NCBI GenBank assembly: GCA_024704765.1
Contig: JAKMXF010000336.1
Coordinates: forward strand, 133,433 to 197,432
Direction: 5' to 3'
Origin: Oopsacas minuta
Taxonomy: Eukaryota > Animalia > Porifera
Length of the DNA: 64,000 nucleotides
Shown here: in pieces, positions 24,621-36,125 of the stretch
How the letters are laid out: the number at the start of each line of letters is the position of its first letter
Position numbering within the stretch: position 1 is the stretch's first letter
Program-made: the position numbers and the translations under genes
The notes under the pieces: model-generated
The model's input: only the letters and a program-made list of their open reading frames with translations
What the model was told of the DNA's origin: nothing
Databases searched by the model: none

Positions 24621-25691
24621 TTAGAATAGAATGGAATTATAAGTAAACATTATAGAAATGAATAAGGCTTGGCTTATGAGAAGTGAAACGAAAACATATA
24701 GGATGGCAATACGAAATGGCAGAGAAGTTATTTGAGTTATAAATGTAGATACAGTAGTTAGACTACCACAGAATCCAGTAGCTACTCCATTCAATAGTTC
24801 TTTCTTTATTAGCTCAATTTCTATATTGTCTGTATAATAAGCAATTACTATTGAAGTGATTGCTAGTATCATCGATCCGATTGAGTTTGCTAGAAAAGTA
24901 CCCATTGGAAATTCTTTTACACAAATTGATTTAAGCTTGTCGAGAGAACTGAGTTGCCATCGGATATATGTACCGATTGAGCCGAACAGCAGAGAGAATA
25001 GTATATAATAACTTGACTTATAAATGCATAATCCTATTAAAGTAGCTGTAATCGTTAAGTATCCGACAATGACACATGTTGGGAATAGAAAACTTGGAAT
25101 TTTACATTTTTGAAAATCGAGTTTCTCAAAAAGAGGCGTGCATAGGGTAGAAATATTTTTGCCTAGTGTTACAGCCGCAATAGGCATTCCAACTCCAAGC
25201 AATAACACTGTTACATATCCAACAGTTCGCGAGTAATGTTCTACAGGTTGATTTTGGCTTAAAGTAGTTTGGTTAATCTGCAGCAGCACTCGAGCAGCTT
25301 CTACATTCCATGATGAGAATGTTGTTAATGAACCACAAAATCCTGTTGTTAGAGCTGTATATATTATGGAGTATTTCCGTTGCATTCTCTCTTTATGCGT
25401 TACTAGAACTCCAATAATAGCTGTGCCCAATATTTGTGCCCAAAATGAAGGGAAATGATCAAGTCCATCTAAATTTGAGAGTATGATTAGGTAAATACGA
25501 GCTGTAACTCCAGCATATGTACATACGCTCAATGCTGCTATAGTCACTGAATGCTGTAGGAAATTGGTCAAAATATCCATACATTTGTGTTTGTATCCTC
25601 CCAGTTTGTTTACATTGGATTCAGAAGTTGATGGGATTGAGCCATAGTTATTTTCGCCTTCAGAACACTCTTTTAAGTATGAACCATCCAT
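24621..25691 (-). CDS. FEX: Fluoride export protein (FEX; two fused Fluc/CrcB domains), 356 aa
   Basis: Two Fluc signatures GFCGSLTTFSSW and GFCGSLTTVSTF, two GxxxR motifs (GVTAR, GTYIR), GTFLANSIG, about nine hydrophobic helices; intronless. Confidence 0.9.
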   Translation of the reverse strand: MDGSYLKECSEGENNYGSIPSTSESNVNKLGGYKHKCMDILTNFLQHSVTIAALSVCTYAGVTARIYLIILSNLDGLDHFPSFWAQILGTAIIGVLVTHKERMQRKYSIIYTALTTGFCGSLTTFSSWNVEAARVLLQINQTTLSQNQPVEHYSRTVGYVTVLLLGVGMPIAAVTLGKNISTLCTPLFEKLDFQKCKIPSFLFPTCVIVGYLTITATLIGLCIYKSSYYILFSLLFGSIGTYIRWQLSSLDKLKSICVKEFPMGTFLANSIGSMILAITSIVIAYYTDNIEIELIKKELLNGVATGFCGSLTTVSTFITQITSLPFRIAILYVFVSLLISQALFISIMFTYNSILF

Positions 25692-27137
25692 ATCAATACC
25701 AATCTAAAGCATCAACTTTTCAATTAACTGTTAACTCGTTGACTGTCTTGGAAATTATCCTCAGCGCACCTATGGTTTGACCTTGTACTTTTCAGTTTAT
25801 GAAATTTTGAAGTCAATATTTTCCCAATTTTAACTGTGCCGACTATACTATACTAATGACTACAGTCGTGCTGTGTTGATATGAGTGTATCATGTGTATA
25901 TTATATTGTAACAGCAAGACGGTGCACAGCTTATATAATTGAAAATTACTCTGATTTAACTAATAAATAATACAAACACAAGCACGTTACTGAACTATTA
26001 TGGTAACTTAAGCTTCCTAATGATTCTCAAAATACACTCATTTACTATATCACTCTTGAGAAAGGAAAATATTAATACAGTAACAAGCAGATGCTTACAT
26101 CTATTTGTATGTAATCACTAAAATGCTTCTGATAGCTAAAGTGTGGAGTTTATCCTATTTCTCAAGAGTGTGAGATTTATTGCTATGGGAAAGTATGAGA
26201 CTCGCTATTACAGCCCTAAAAATATTTATTATTTCGAAGGAATTTTTAGCTGTTCGATTTCTATATTCTAAATATATGCGTAGAGGTTCCGCTCCAAGTA
26301 AGAATGTTCATACTTGGCGCAGCGCAAAGCAGGAATTACTGCATTGTGAAATTTAACGATTGTATTTGGAAGATATTTTGACAATAATAATTATCCAATT
26401 ACATCCTGAAAACGGCATGTCTGATACTAATCCAAGCTAAGAGGAAAGAATTCAAATAATTAGGTAAATGCACAATACAACAATAAGCATAGGATAATTA
26501 ACGAATTTGACGGAAATCCTTCTACTCATGCCAATATCGCTTCAACATACACCAACCAACAACCAGAGGGAAACCTAGCATCTAAACAACTCCCCAACCG
26601 TATGTCTGACTCTAATCTAAGGGAAAATATCTCTATTGAAAAAGTCTACGCGGAAATTATACTAGTTGTTGTGTTCCGAATATATCGATATTAGAAAATA
26701 TTATTGATATCCTGCAAAATGTCCGAGGGTCTTTGGAATACGAGAATACCTGTGTTTGGATGAATTATTAGTTTCCTGATAGGTGACAAGTTTGCAGTTA
26801 ATCACTAATCACCAATGTATATACGTTCAAAGGTTAACTTAAATTAGCAGTTTGAAATTAATATAATTTAACTCAAATATTATTCAGGAAATAATCCACA
26901 ATCTATACAGATGGTTGAACACGACACAACCAGTAAACAACATTATCTGTAATAAGATTGTGTCTCAAGATCAGAATACATGTAAGAGGTCACACAACAC
27001 AAACCACTGATAATTATTCTATTTTAATAATTGTGTCAGTTCAGCAGTTTTATATACAAACTATAAAATATAGTAAATTTGAAATCAAACAAAACACTAA
27101 ACAAATTCAAATAAATTCCAACTTTACAACTCTCAAA

Positions 27138-28397
27138 ATGGCGACACAATTTCCTGAGCCAATCGCAGTGACAATTGTAGACCCCTTAGAACAAGAAATC
27201 AACCAATCAATTGACAGGTTGATATTCCTACTCAACCAGAGAAGAATCCATCTCTTAACCACCTTAAGAAATAAGAGACAAGAGACAAGAGGTAATCAGG
27301 TGGCGTGTCAGCAAATGAAACAACAACTGGAAGAGTCCCGAGCTCTTGTAGAAGGTAGAATGACACATAATCAACTCCACTCCATGTCAGATAGACTTGT
27401 GGCAGAAATGCAAACAAAACTAGCAGAACTCCACCTTAACACACCACCACCTCATGTACTGAGGTTCTTGTGTGATACACAAGAACTCGAGAGGAGCATT
27501 AACCGTCTAGGAGAGATCAGCCAACAAGAGATCCATCCCATCCCTCGTATACCAGTAATCCCTAATTATGCTAAATTCCAACATCCTATTGTTGCTGTTG
27601 GGAAAAGAGGATCAGCTCCTGGGGAGGTTAAATGGCCAAGAGGTGTCGCAATTGAACCTGAATCTGGACACATTTATGTGGCAGATATGGACAATAGTCG
27701 TATACAAATATTCTCTCAGTCAGGAGACCATATCAACCAATTCGGTGATCAACACCTGAAACTTCCATGGGGTATCCTAATCCATGAGGAGAACATTTAT
27801 GTTACAGATACAGGGCATCACGCTATCCTCTTATACAAGCTACAGGACCTCAATATGATAAAGCGAGTAGGTAAGATAGGATCTGGTAGTAAAGAGTTCA
27901 ATCATCCTAGACAACCCGCCATCTCTCCTATCACACACCTTTATATACCAGATTGTAACAACAACAGACTACAAATACTGACAACTAATCTGGCATTTAA
28001 AGGCACGCTACAACACCAAACTATGACTGCACCTATTGATGTTAAATTCACAAACAATTAAATATTTGTCTTGAGCAGGGAAAACAATCCACGTATTCAT
28101 GTGTTTACTCTCTCAGGAGAGAAGTCTCGCTCATTGATTGCTAGAGCACCAGGAATACAAGTTGATATGGCATACTTTTTCTGTCTAGACAGACATAATA
28201 ACATTATCATAAGCGACATATCGACTAACAATATTAAAGTATTCTCACCAGAAGGATACCTCCTACACACGATAGGACGGTTAGGACAGGAAGCTGGAAT
28301 GTTTAACTTCCCTCGCGGAATTACAATACACAACAACACAAAACTAATTTGTGTTTCTGAAAACAGGAATTTCAGTTTACAAATATTTTCTGTTTAA
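27138..28397 (+). pseudogene. Coiled-coil + NHL (TRIM-NHL-like, no RING/B-box) gene with one in-frame TAA at 28059-28061
   Basis: ATG 27138 (MATQFPEP); ORFs 26958-28061 and 28071-28397 are in the same frame: ...DVKFTNN*IFVLSRENNPRIHVF...; NHL blades PRGVAIE, PWGILIH, PRGITIH. Confidence 0.8.
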
Positions 28398-29311
28398 TTG
28401 TACTTATTCTGTATAATACGCGCTAAAAGTATAATATATATATACATTTAGTGAATACTTTAGATTTTAACTGGGACCTTTGTGAATATTTGTACCGTTG
28501 GGGAGGGGACAAGTAGGGCGATGAATTCTAAAATATCTGACTCACCCCCCCCCAATCGGGACAAAAGTTTAATTTAGGCGCGTTAAGACAATAAAATTAC
28601 CTTGATTATATTCTTCAAAATTTGATTGAATTGAATTCAGGGATCGAAGCATTGTGTAAAAAATTCAAATTTCGCTCATTTTATAGTATAAAGTATACTC
28701 ATATCTTAAAGGGTGTTAATACGTAATGCTATAAATAGCAACTTTTGAATGCTAACTTAATTAATATTTGATGTCAGAATATTCGCTGAGTATTCCATTT
28801 ACATATCTCATGTTTGGAATTGTTGCTGGATTTATGCTGACGCAAAGTACGTGTTACATAGAGGCTGGGGCCTATTTAATAAATCAAAACAAGTCACTCA
28901 TTAATCTCACAGAGGGTTTCTCAAACTCCCATGGGCTATGGCCACACTTTTTAGAAAATTCGGTTTCTTTGCCACAACCAAGTTGACTTGCTGGTTAAGG
29001 TTAGTCATGATTGGGCAAGTCTGATCATATTGGTCAATTTAGTCAAAATGGACAGATCAACTTGACCAAAAAGTGACGTAGAATGTCTCTGGGGGTTCAA
29101 AGTGTGAACCAATTTGGTCATATGACCACAGATTGGGAATTCCTCACTTACAATATTTAAGTTCTGTTTTATAAAATTCGACAACGATATGCAAAGTTTA
29201 TCATATGTAATTTTAACCATTACACTTGTATTATGCTAATTACAGTAGAAACTCATTAGTACGAACAAGAAAAAGACTAAATAATGTTAGATTTATCCGA
29301 ATTGTGTATTA

Positions 29312-30688
29312 CAGTCTGTTTCAAAAGTATTGGCAGTAGTTCATATTTCATATTTCCTAAGCCTATTCAATTGTGTGATAGTATTATCTATTGATCTTTT
29401 CGATATTGCATACTTAGATAGTCATCATGAAGTTTATCATTAATCATGATGGACTTTCTTAATGTTTACCTCGATTCAGATATTTGAAACGGGGAATTTT
29501 GAGGCATAAAATTTCCCACCGCCACAGCTGCCAATTTGATCTCATTTAATAAAACAAATTATATTATAGCCCTATTTGTAGCTAAATGTCGCAATTAGAA
29601 CAGAGGAAGAAAATCAAAATATTTATTGATGCAGGTATTACTTCAGCGAAGGAAATCTCTGCTAAAACAGGGATACCATTGAGGACAATTTTTCGTATAA
29701 AATCTATACTTCGTGAAGGTAAAAGCATAACACATAAAAGTGTTAGTGGGCGTCCCAAGGCTATCACATATTCACACAAACAATCAATTATACGAACGTT
29801 AAATTCTCATTCTAAGATCTCTATACGTTCTGTACACGCGAATCTCTCTTCCAAGTACACCGATGCTCCGTCAACTTCAACAATCTACCGGGCAACTCGT
29901 GCTTGTGGATTTAACTTTAAACAACCTGTTATGGGACCATTCATTACCCCATTAATAGCTAAAAACAGAGTTGAATGGTGTAAAGATCATGTGAATTATT
30001 GTTGGGAGAATGTATTCTTCACAGACGAATGTTCTATTTGGTTAAATCGGGGAAGTGTTGGCATGTGGACTAGAGCAAAAGAAAATCCTATTCTGAAGGT
30101 TCAACGGCACACACCAAAATTACACGTTTGGGGAGGGATTTCTTCCATGGGAACCACAATATTGAAGATATTTACTTCTAATTTTGTCTCCAAATTGTAT
30201 ATTGATACTCTGAATGAGTGTTTAATCAGAACAGCTGATGTTTACTATCCTGAGGGATGGATTCTGCAGGAAAACAATTCCCCAATTCATAAATCTAAGC
30301 TCAGCAAAGAGTGGAAAGATAGTGAAAATATTCTAGTATTGGATTGGCCTGCCTATTCTCCGGACTTAAATCCAATTGAAAACATCTGAGGAGTCCTAAA
30401 GCAGAGGTTGTCGAAGAGATCTCTCAATAACTTGGCTGATTTAGAAGTAGCTATAATTTACGAATGGGAGACTTTTACCCCCGATTTCCTGAAAAATTTT
30501 ATATTATCTATGCCTAACCGTGTAAATATGTGCATAAATTCGAGAGGGGAGAAGATTAATTACTGAAATTTTGTTTACAGATATATCTTACCCGTAGAAT
30601 TTCGTAGTATCATTATCTATTTGCTATTTGTTCCAATTTCTGAAATATTAATATTATAATTTACTGCCAATACTTTTGAAACAGACTG
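29312..30688 (+). mobile_element. Full-length Tc1-family (DD34E) DNA transposon, inactive
   Basis: Perfect 27-bp TIR CAGTCTGTTTCAAAAGTATTGGCAGTA, TA target duplication at 29310-11 and 30689-90; transposase 29586-30566 with HTH, FTDE, WPAYSPDLNPIE. Confidence 0.95.
29586..30566 (+). pseudogene. Tc1 transposase with nonsense codon and lost catalytic Asp
   Basis: NPIENI* (TGA at 30387-30389 where W is expected) then in-frame GVLKQRL...RGEKINY*; second catalytic D reads N (LQENNSPIH), 34 residues before E. Confidence 0.85.
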
Positions 30689-30804
30689 TAACTGGTTTCA
30701 TTTGTATTAAACAATTCATTGAAGGGTACAAATATTGTGTTTATACTAACCGAAATTTCGTATTAATCTGGTCGCTTAACCGATTAAGACAGAAGTGTTA
30801 CGTT

Positions 30805-31400
30805 CCTAATGAAGAGGAACACTAAAATTTTACCGCTTCCTTTTAACCAATTCCCACGCCAAAAACGAGATTTTAGCACCATTTTGACGTCACAAAATCC
30901 CACATTTCCCCGCAGTATTTGGTTAATAGAAATACGGAGACGAAGTCTCTGCTATTATTTTCCAAGAAATTTGAATTAAATTTTACCTAAAAACGGCTAA
31001 TTGGAAGTTTTTTGTGATTTTGGCTGGAAATTTTCCATAATTTTATTCTCATTGTGTTAGAATTTTATTAGAAATTTATTGTTAATATTTGTCACTGAAA
31101 CTGGGCTCATTTATAGAATGTATTTCCAAAAACCTGTAGACATACCGCTGATATTTTCCCAGTTTTTGTAATAGAATACCTAACTAGGATTTTACGACAC
31201 AAAGACAGCTTCATAACATAGCAATATTCAAAATTACTTTACACTATAACCAATTACGGCAGAAGTTTACCCATTATAATGAATATGAACACTAAAATTT
31301 TACCACTTCATTTTCTCCAATTCCCACACCAAAAACGAGATTTTAGCACCTTTTCGGCGTCACAAAATCCCACATTTTCCCGGCCGTATTCGGTTAATCA
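30805..31400. repeat. Two diverged direct copies of a ~120-bp repeat (30805-30930, 31277-31400)
   Basis: AACACTAAAATTTTACC...CCAAAAACGAGATTTTAGCACC...GTCACAAAATCCCACATTT in both; related inverted piece near 35695-35735. Confidence 0.7.
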
Positions 31401-31503
31401 TTCACAAATTGATATAATGAAGTATACTTACAATATGTGGCTACAGCATAATAGTATAACAATAGAATATATCTAAAGTGGATATAATCTCGCATAGACA
31501 ACG

Positions 31504-32676
31504 TTAATTTTCACACAATAAGCCCTGATTAAGACTATCAGGCCTATATCTGATCTTTACGCTAAATCCAAAGCGACTTTTCAAGTCTCTCCAAACATCA
31601 CGACCGGCGAAAAATGCAAAAGTTCCGAGCACATATTGACTGATGTATAATATCAAAGCAATGTCCACGAAGATGTATAAAATACATTCAACAAGAGCGC
31701 GAAAATGATAAAGATACTCGATTTGTTGTGGACTAGTCAGTATTTGTGGAGAATTGCTTACACCGTACAAATAAGTATATAAACATGGGCCAAAGTAGAC
31801 AACTATAGAAAAGAACGTAAAATATTGGTCGAAGAATAGGGCAAATATCAAGCAGAAAAAGATCATTGCATTAATAGTAGCAATAATGGCAAAATGATAT
31901 GAAGTAGTCACAGATTTCCGTAGAGTTGCTCGAGATCCGCAAATGATTTTCAAATCAATGGTTTGTCTCTTCAAAGTACGATGAAAAATTCTCGCATGCT
32001 TTATCCAGAAACAGAAAAATATCAATTGGAATAAAGGCTGTATGATATTGCTAAATATCAAAAAATGAGGAACAGATTCTACAACGAAAAGGAATAAACT
32101 CAATATTATTGTCAAGATGAGGAATTTTTTCACCCTCCAAGAAATCCTATGTGATATATAGTAGCTTTCATGCAAATACTTCATCAAACAAATGCATATC
32201 CCCATAGTAGCCAGCATAGTAACTTTACCTAACGCAACTAACACTGATCCAAAGGGCATACTTGTAATTAATGTTAGATGGTAATCAGAGTGGTATGTTA
32301 GTTCACTAACGCAGCTGGTATTGATAAATCGATTGGCGAATTGGATGGTAGAATTTCGTGAGGAAGAGTGTTCCGCTATAATATATCCGATTGTGTAGAA
32401 TATTGGACCGAGCATCTCCGATATGTTGATGGCAAGCAGAAAAGAGTACTTAACAATCTCAACTATCTGTTGTGAAGATAATTTGAGGTAATTTCCCAGA
32501 AGATCATGCTTTGATAATCCTACATACTTATGATATACTTGCCGAAAATATGCAATTCTCCTCACAAAGTATATATTCCAAATCAGATTAAGAATCGATA
32601 AAATGAAAATAGAAGGGAGAAAAGCGTGACTATTGAATATGAGAAAAACGTGATGTATTTGATAAATGGTTAGCAT
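31504..32676 (-). CDS. Orphan multi-pass membrane protein, about 7 TM (GPCR-like topology), 390 aa
   Basis: ATG at 32676; roughly seven hydrophobic segments by eye; no DRY/NPxxY or other family motif recognised; intronless. Confidence 0.75.
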   Translation of the reverse strand: MLTIYQIHHVFLIFNSHAFLPSIFILSILNLIWNIYFVRRIAYFRQVYHKYVGLSKHDLLGNYLKLSSQQIVEIVKYSFLLAINISEMLGPIFYTIGYIIAEHSSSRNSTIQFANRFINTSCVSELTYHSDYHLTLITSMPFGSVLVALGKVTMLATMGICICLMKYLHESYYISHRISWRVKKFLILTIILSLFLFVVESVPHFLIFSNIIQPLFQLIFFCFWIKHARIFHRTLKRQTIDLKIICGSRATLRKSVTTSYHFAIIATINAMIFFCLIFALFFDQYFTFFSIVVYFGPCLYTYLYGVSNSPQILTSPQQIEYLYHFRALVECILYIFVDIALILYISQYVLGTFAFFAGRDVWRDLKSRFGFSVKIRYRPDSLNQGLLCEN

Positions 32677-32744
32677 GGTAACTTGTAAGGAATGGAAAAT
32701 GGAAGATTATGTGCCGTAAAAACAAACAATAAGTATATATAGAG

Positions 32745-32980
32745 ATTTCATCAATGGGATAATCTAGCAAGAATACAATTTCATCCACTGGTAATATAGA
32801 AACGCCCAAACTGTAATCCATAGACATTTCATCAATGGGATAGCCTAGCAAGATTACAAGTTAATCACTGGTAATATAGAAACGCCCAAACTGTAATCCA
32901 TAGACATTTCATCAATGGGATAATCTAGCAAGATTACAAGTTCATCCACTGGTAATATAGAAACGCCCAAATTTGTAATT
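32745..32980. repeat. Three tandem 80-81 bp repeats immediately upstream of the 7TM gene
   Basis: Units start ATTTCATCAATGGGAT at 32745, 32826, 32906. Confidence 0.9.
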
Positions 32981-33290
32981 CAAGTATATATTTGTAGCTT
33001 TATTAGATTTCAAAGTGGATATTATAGCATAAAGTATGTACCGAATTAATGCTCGTATCAGATTCCTTTGCAGAAATTGCATTTGACGTAAAATGATAGC
33101 ATAAAATACTATTATGGTTGTGTGTTAATGTTTGTTTGTTTGTTTATCAACTTTGTAATATACTAATAGAGGAAAATGATCTGTATATATAATATAGGGA
33201 ATAACATATCCTTCTGTTGAAGGTATAGCAAATGTATACAATTACATTGGGATAATCGAGTATGCTAATTCCGATTTTCACACTTACAAA

Positions 33291-34205
33291 TTAATCATAT
33301 GTAAATTTATTGTTGTTTTTATGAATATAAAGTAAACAAATATTTGATCTCCAAATATACTTAGAGACCTGCTCTTGGTCTCTCTTGGACGGATTCAGTG
33401 GCTTCATGTCTTCCTCTATTTCAGGATCTACATAGAAAATGAATTCACCCTCAATAGCGTGCCTCAACGCTCTTCTCATACAATCTGAACGCCAGGGCTC
33501 TGGAATGGGATAAGTCCCCATCTTTAAGATCTCTTCCTTCAGCCTCAGTCTTTGACATTCGTATCTCTTTACAATCACACTCTCTATTTGTTTGGGAAGA
33601 TTAGGATTTAGTTTTTGAATTTTCACGATCTTTTTCTCAGCTGTCTCCTTCCACATGATGAGACCATTTAGGGAGTAGAGGGAAGGTTCTGCAAGAGTTC
33701 TCTCTATGTAGAAGAGGCTATCTTTGTAATCAATTGGTAGCACATCAATAACTAGTAGAGTTATTTTCTGCAAATGATTGTAGTATCGTTCCTTAAGCGA
33801 ATCCTTGAGAAGGACAGGAAGTGTTTCACTTAACATCTTAGTTTCGAACTCTTGGTATACTGGTACTATATCTGCTACTATTCCAATATTCACTTTTATA
33901 TCATCAGCAGCTATCACATGTTCCATTTCACAAATCTAGCCTAGTAGATCCATTTTTTGTAAATGTTCTTTGTATCGCATCATCAAGGAATCTTTCAGAG
34001 GGGCAGGAATTGTTACACGTGATATCTTAATTTCGAATTCTTGGTATAGTGGTGACATCTCTTCTACTAATCCCATATTCACTTTTACATCATCTGCAGC
34101 CATTATACCGTTCATTTCTTCCAGTAAGTTAATTAATACAGCTGTATTCACTTCCAAACGCTCATCAGCAGTTAATGGTGTTAGCTGGCTCGTGTTTTTG
34201 CCAAT
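33291..34205 (-). pseudogene. Orphan alpha-helical ORF with an internal ~63-aa duplication and one in-frame TAG
   Basis: 33936-34157 and 33291-33926 are in one frame (KMDLLG*ICEMEHV); repeat AADD[VI]KVN.G.V....P.YQEFE...LKDSL..RY..HLQK occurs twice; no ATG before the first repeat; 3' end runs into a MITE remnant. Confidence 0.6.
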
Positions 34206-34819
34206 TCAAAAATACTTTACATTCAGTTTTTATCTTATTTTATTAGAAATTGTGTAGCCGTTCTTTTATAGAAAATCTCTTAGATATTATTTGTATAATT
34301 ATTTAGTAATACTTTCAATGTAAGATAGCTTTCTATGTGAAGTCATGTGTTGATAATGTGGCTTATTTGACACAATCAGAGACAATAATACATAATCGTT
34401 TCTGTACAATTGAAATTTAAAAGTATAATCAGATGTTTGAAGTTATCTTATTTGTAAGAATTAATTAATCGGGACGCGAAAACTGTTTTCTAAATGATTC
34501 TTTAAATATCGTATTTCTATGAATAAGCTCCGACAGCTAGAAATAGGCTCCAAGACTTGTGAATACAAATTAATTCATATAAGCCTCATTTGGCTAAGCA
34601 AAAGATTAGGATAATTCTTTTCCCAAAATCACTGTTTATTTTCAAAAATTGTGACAATAATGGCCTCTAAATGAACAACTCCCGGGAGGTAATTCAGGGA
34701 AATACGGTAATCGAGTTTTTAAGTAAACAATCGGCTGACCAAAGCGAGCCAGCAGGTACATTAAACAGCAACCCCCTGTATATTTTAATGTTATGAATCC
34801 AATCGACTATTTTAAACAT

Positions 34820-34900
34820 TATTGCCCACCCACATTACAGTCGAACCTCTGAGATAAAGTCTGTATCTCGAAGGTCCGACTGTAATGTGGGTGGGCAATA
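34820..34900. repeat. 81-nt near-perfect hairpin
   Basis: TATTGCCCACCCACATTACAGTCG...CGACTGTAATGTGGGTGGGCAATA: 24 perfectly paired bases, then further pairing to a ~7-nt loop. Confidence 0.9.
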
Positions 34901-35052
34901 TCCATCTTAAAATAAGACTCTTCATCACCGATTATATAAGCATAACTAGTGAAAAAGTTGATTATTTTAATAAAGAAAATTTTCAAACAGGAATAAAGCG
35001 AATGTAATGAGACCAAAGTTGAATAGAAATTACACATACACTATAAAATTAT

Positions 35053-35502
35053 TTATTCTACTATAGAAGCTTTCCCATCTTTCCACGTAATAGTTTTTAT
35101 CGTTGTTTTCTTATATCCACGATTAGAATACACACCAGCTAACGTAGCTTCATCACTCTTGTATCTTATCGTCTGTTTCACCAAGTTAACTAATCTCATA
35201 CCAACTTCATCAATATCTTCTAATGTTGTGTATACACATATGACTAATTGCTCAGGATTTGTTGCATTAGGATTTGGCTTCATTGTAGATACTTTAGCTC
35301 CAGTGGCTAGAAGATAACCAGATTCTACTTCTTTACTCACTTCTTCCCATAGCTCGTCCATTTTTGATTTGTGTTTGAATACCAACCATTTGCCATAAGT
35401 ATTACCTCTTGATACTACCACAGAAGGAGCCATGGCGGATAACCAATACGCCATGTCTGTTTGAGATGGTTTAAGGGATCTCATATCAATGTTACTAGCC
35501 AT
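35053..35502 (-). CDS. Bles03/DUF1917 (C11orf68-like, eIF4E-like fold) family protein, 149 aa
   Basis: Motifs GKWLVF, W...V...G, AKVST, VICVYT, IRYKSDEATLAGVYS recalled as characteristic of this family; intronless single domain. Confidence 0.7.
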   Translation of the reverse strand: MASNIDMRSLKPSQTDMAYWLSAMAPSVVVSRGNTYGKWLVFKHKSKMDELWEEVSKEVESGYLLATGAKVSTMKPNPNATNPEQLVICVYTTLEDIDEVGMRLVNLVKQTIRYKSDEATLAGVYSNRGYKKTTIKTITWKDGKASIVE

Positions 35503-36125
35503 TACGATGCTAAAACAAGATACAGTAGAACTCGGAGAGGACGTACTCCTGGAAAATGTTGACCCCCATTCCCTGTGTCATGCTTTTTCACCGTTTTGTT
35601 ATACAAAAAGAGTTTGGCTGTCACACTTCGCATACCACCTTCTCCGCTTGTAGCGTTACGTAACTTTTAAATGGACTCTCATTCAAATATTCTTAACCGA
35701 ATACGACCGGGAAATTTTGTGATTTTATGACGTCAACATTATAATCAACATTTTACAACTAAGCTAAGTTGTTTAATACGTCTTTTAACGAAGACGTATT
35801 ATACGTTCAATCTACAATATTTGGTGACGTAACTAAAATTGGGCTGATTTCTGCAATATTTATTTTACATAAAAACAGAAGTTCTCGAATTGTTAATGAG
35901 AAATATCAGCACAGCTGACCAAATGATATAATACTTGATAATTATGTGATATATACAAGTCTAAAAATGTCAAAATCTCATATTTCGAGATTAACCTAGA
36001 CGTATAATACGTACAATAGATTACGCATAACGTATTATACAACTTAGCTACTACCAAAGTATTATATTTTTGTATATTGTTTATATAGAAATGCTTATGT
36101 TCCTTCGATTTTCAGCTATAAAGTA

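Noticed and set aside
26958-27137. 60-aa N-terminal extension of the coiled-coil NHL ORF and TTG starts of the NHL copies
   Set aside because: Non-ATG starts in AT-rich UTR-like sequence; the downstream ATGs give coherent proteins.
32745-32980. CRISPR-like array
   Set aside because: Contiguous tandem units with no unique spacers, no cas genes, eukaryotic context.
28059-33938. Programmed readthrough or selenocysteine at the internal stops
   Set aside because: Stops are TAA, TGA (at a conserved Trp of a dead transposase) and TAG with no shared context or SECIS seen; simple nonsense mutations suffice.
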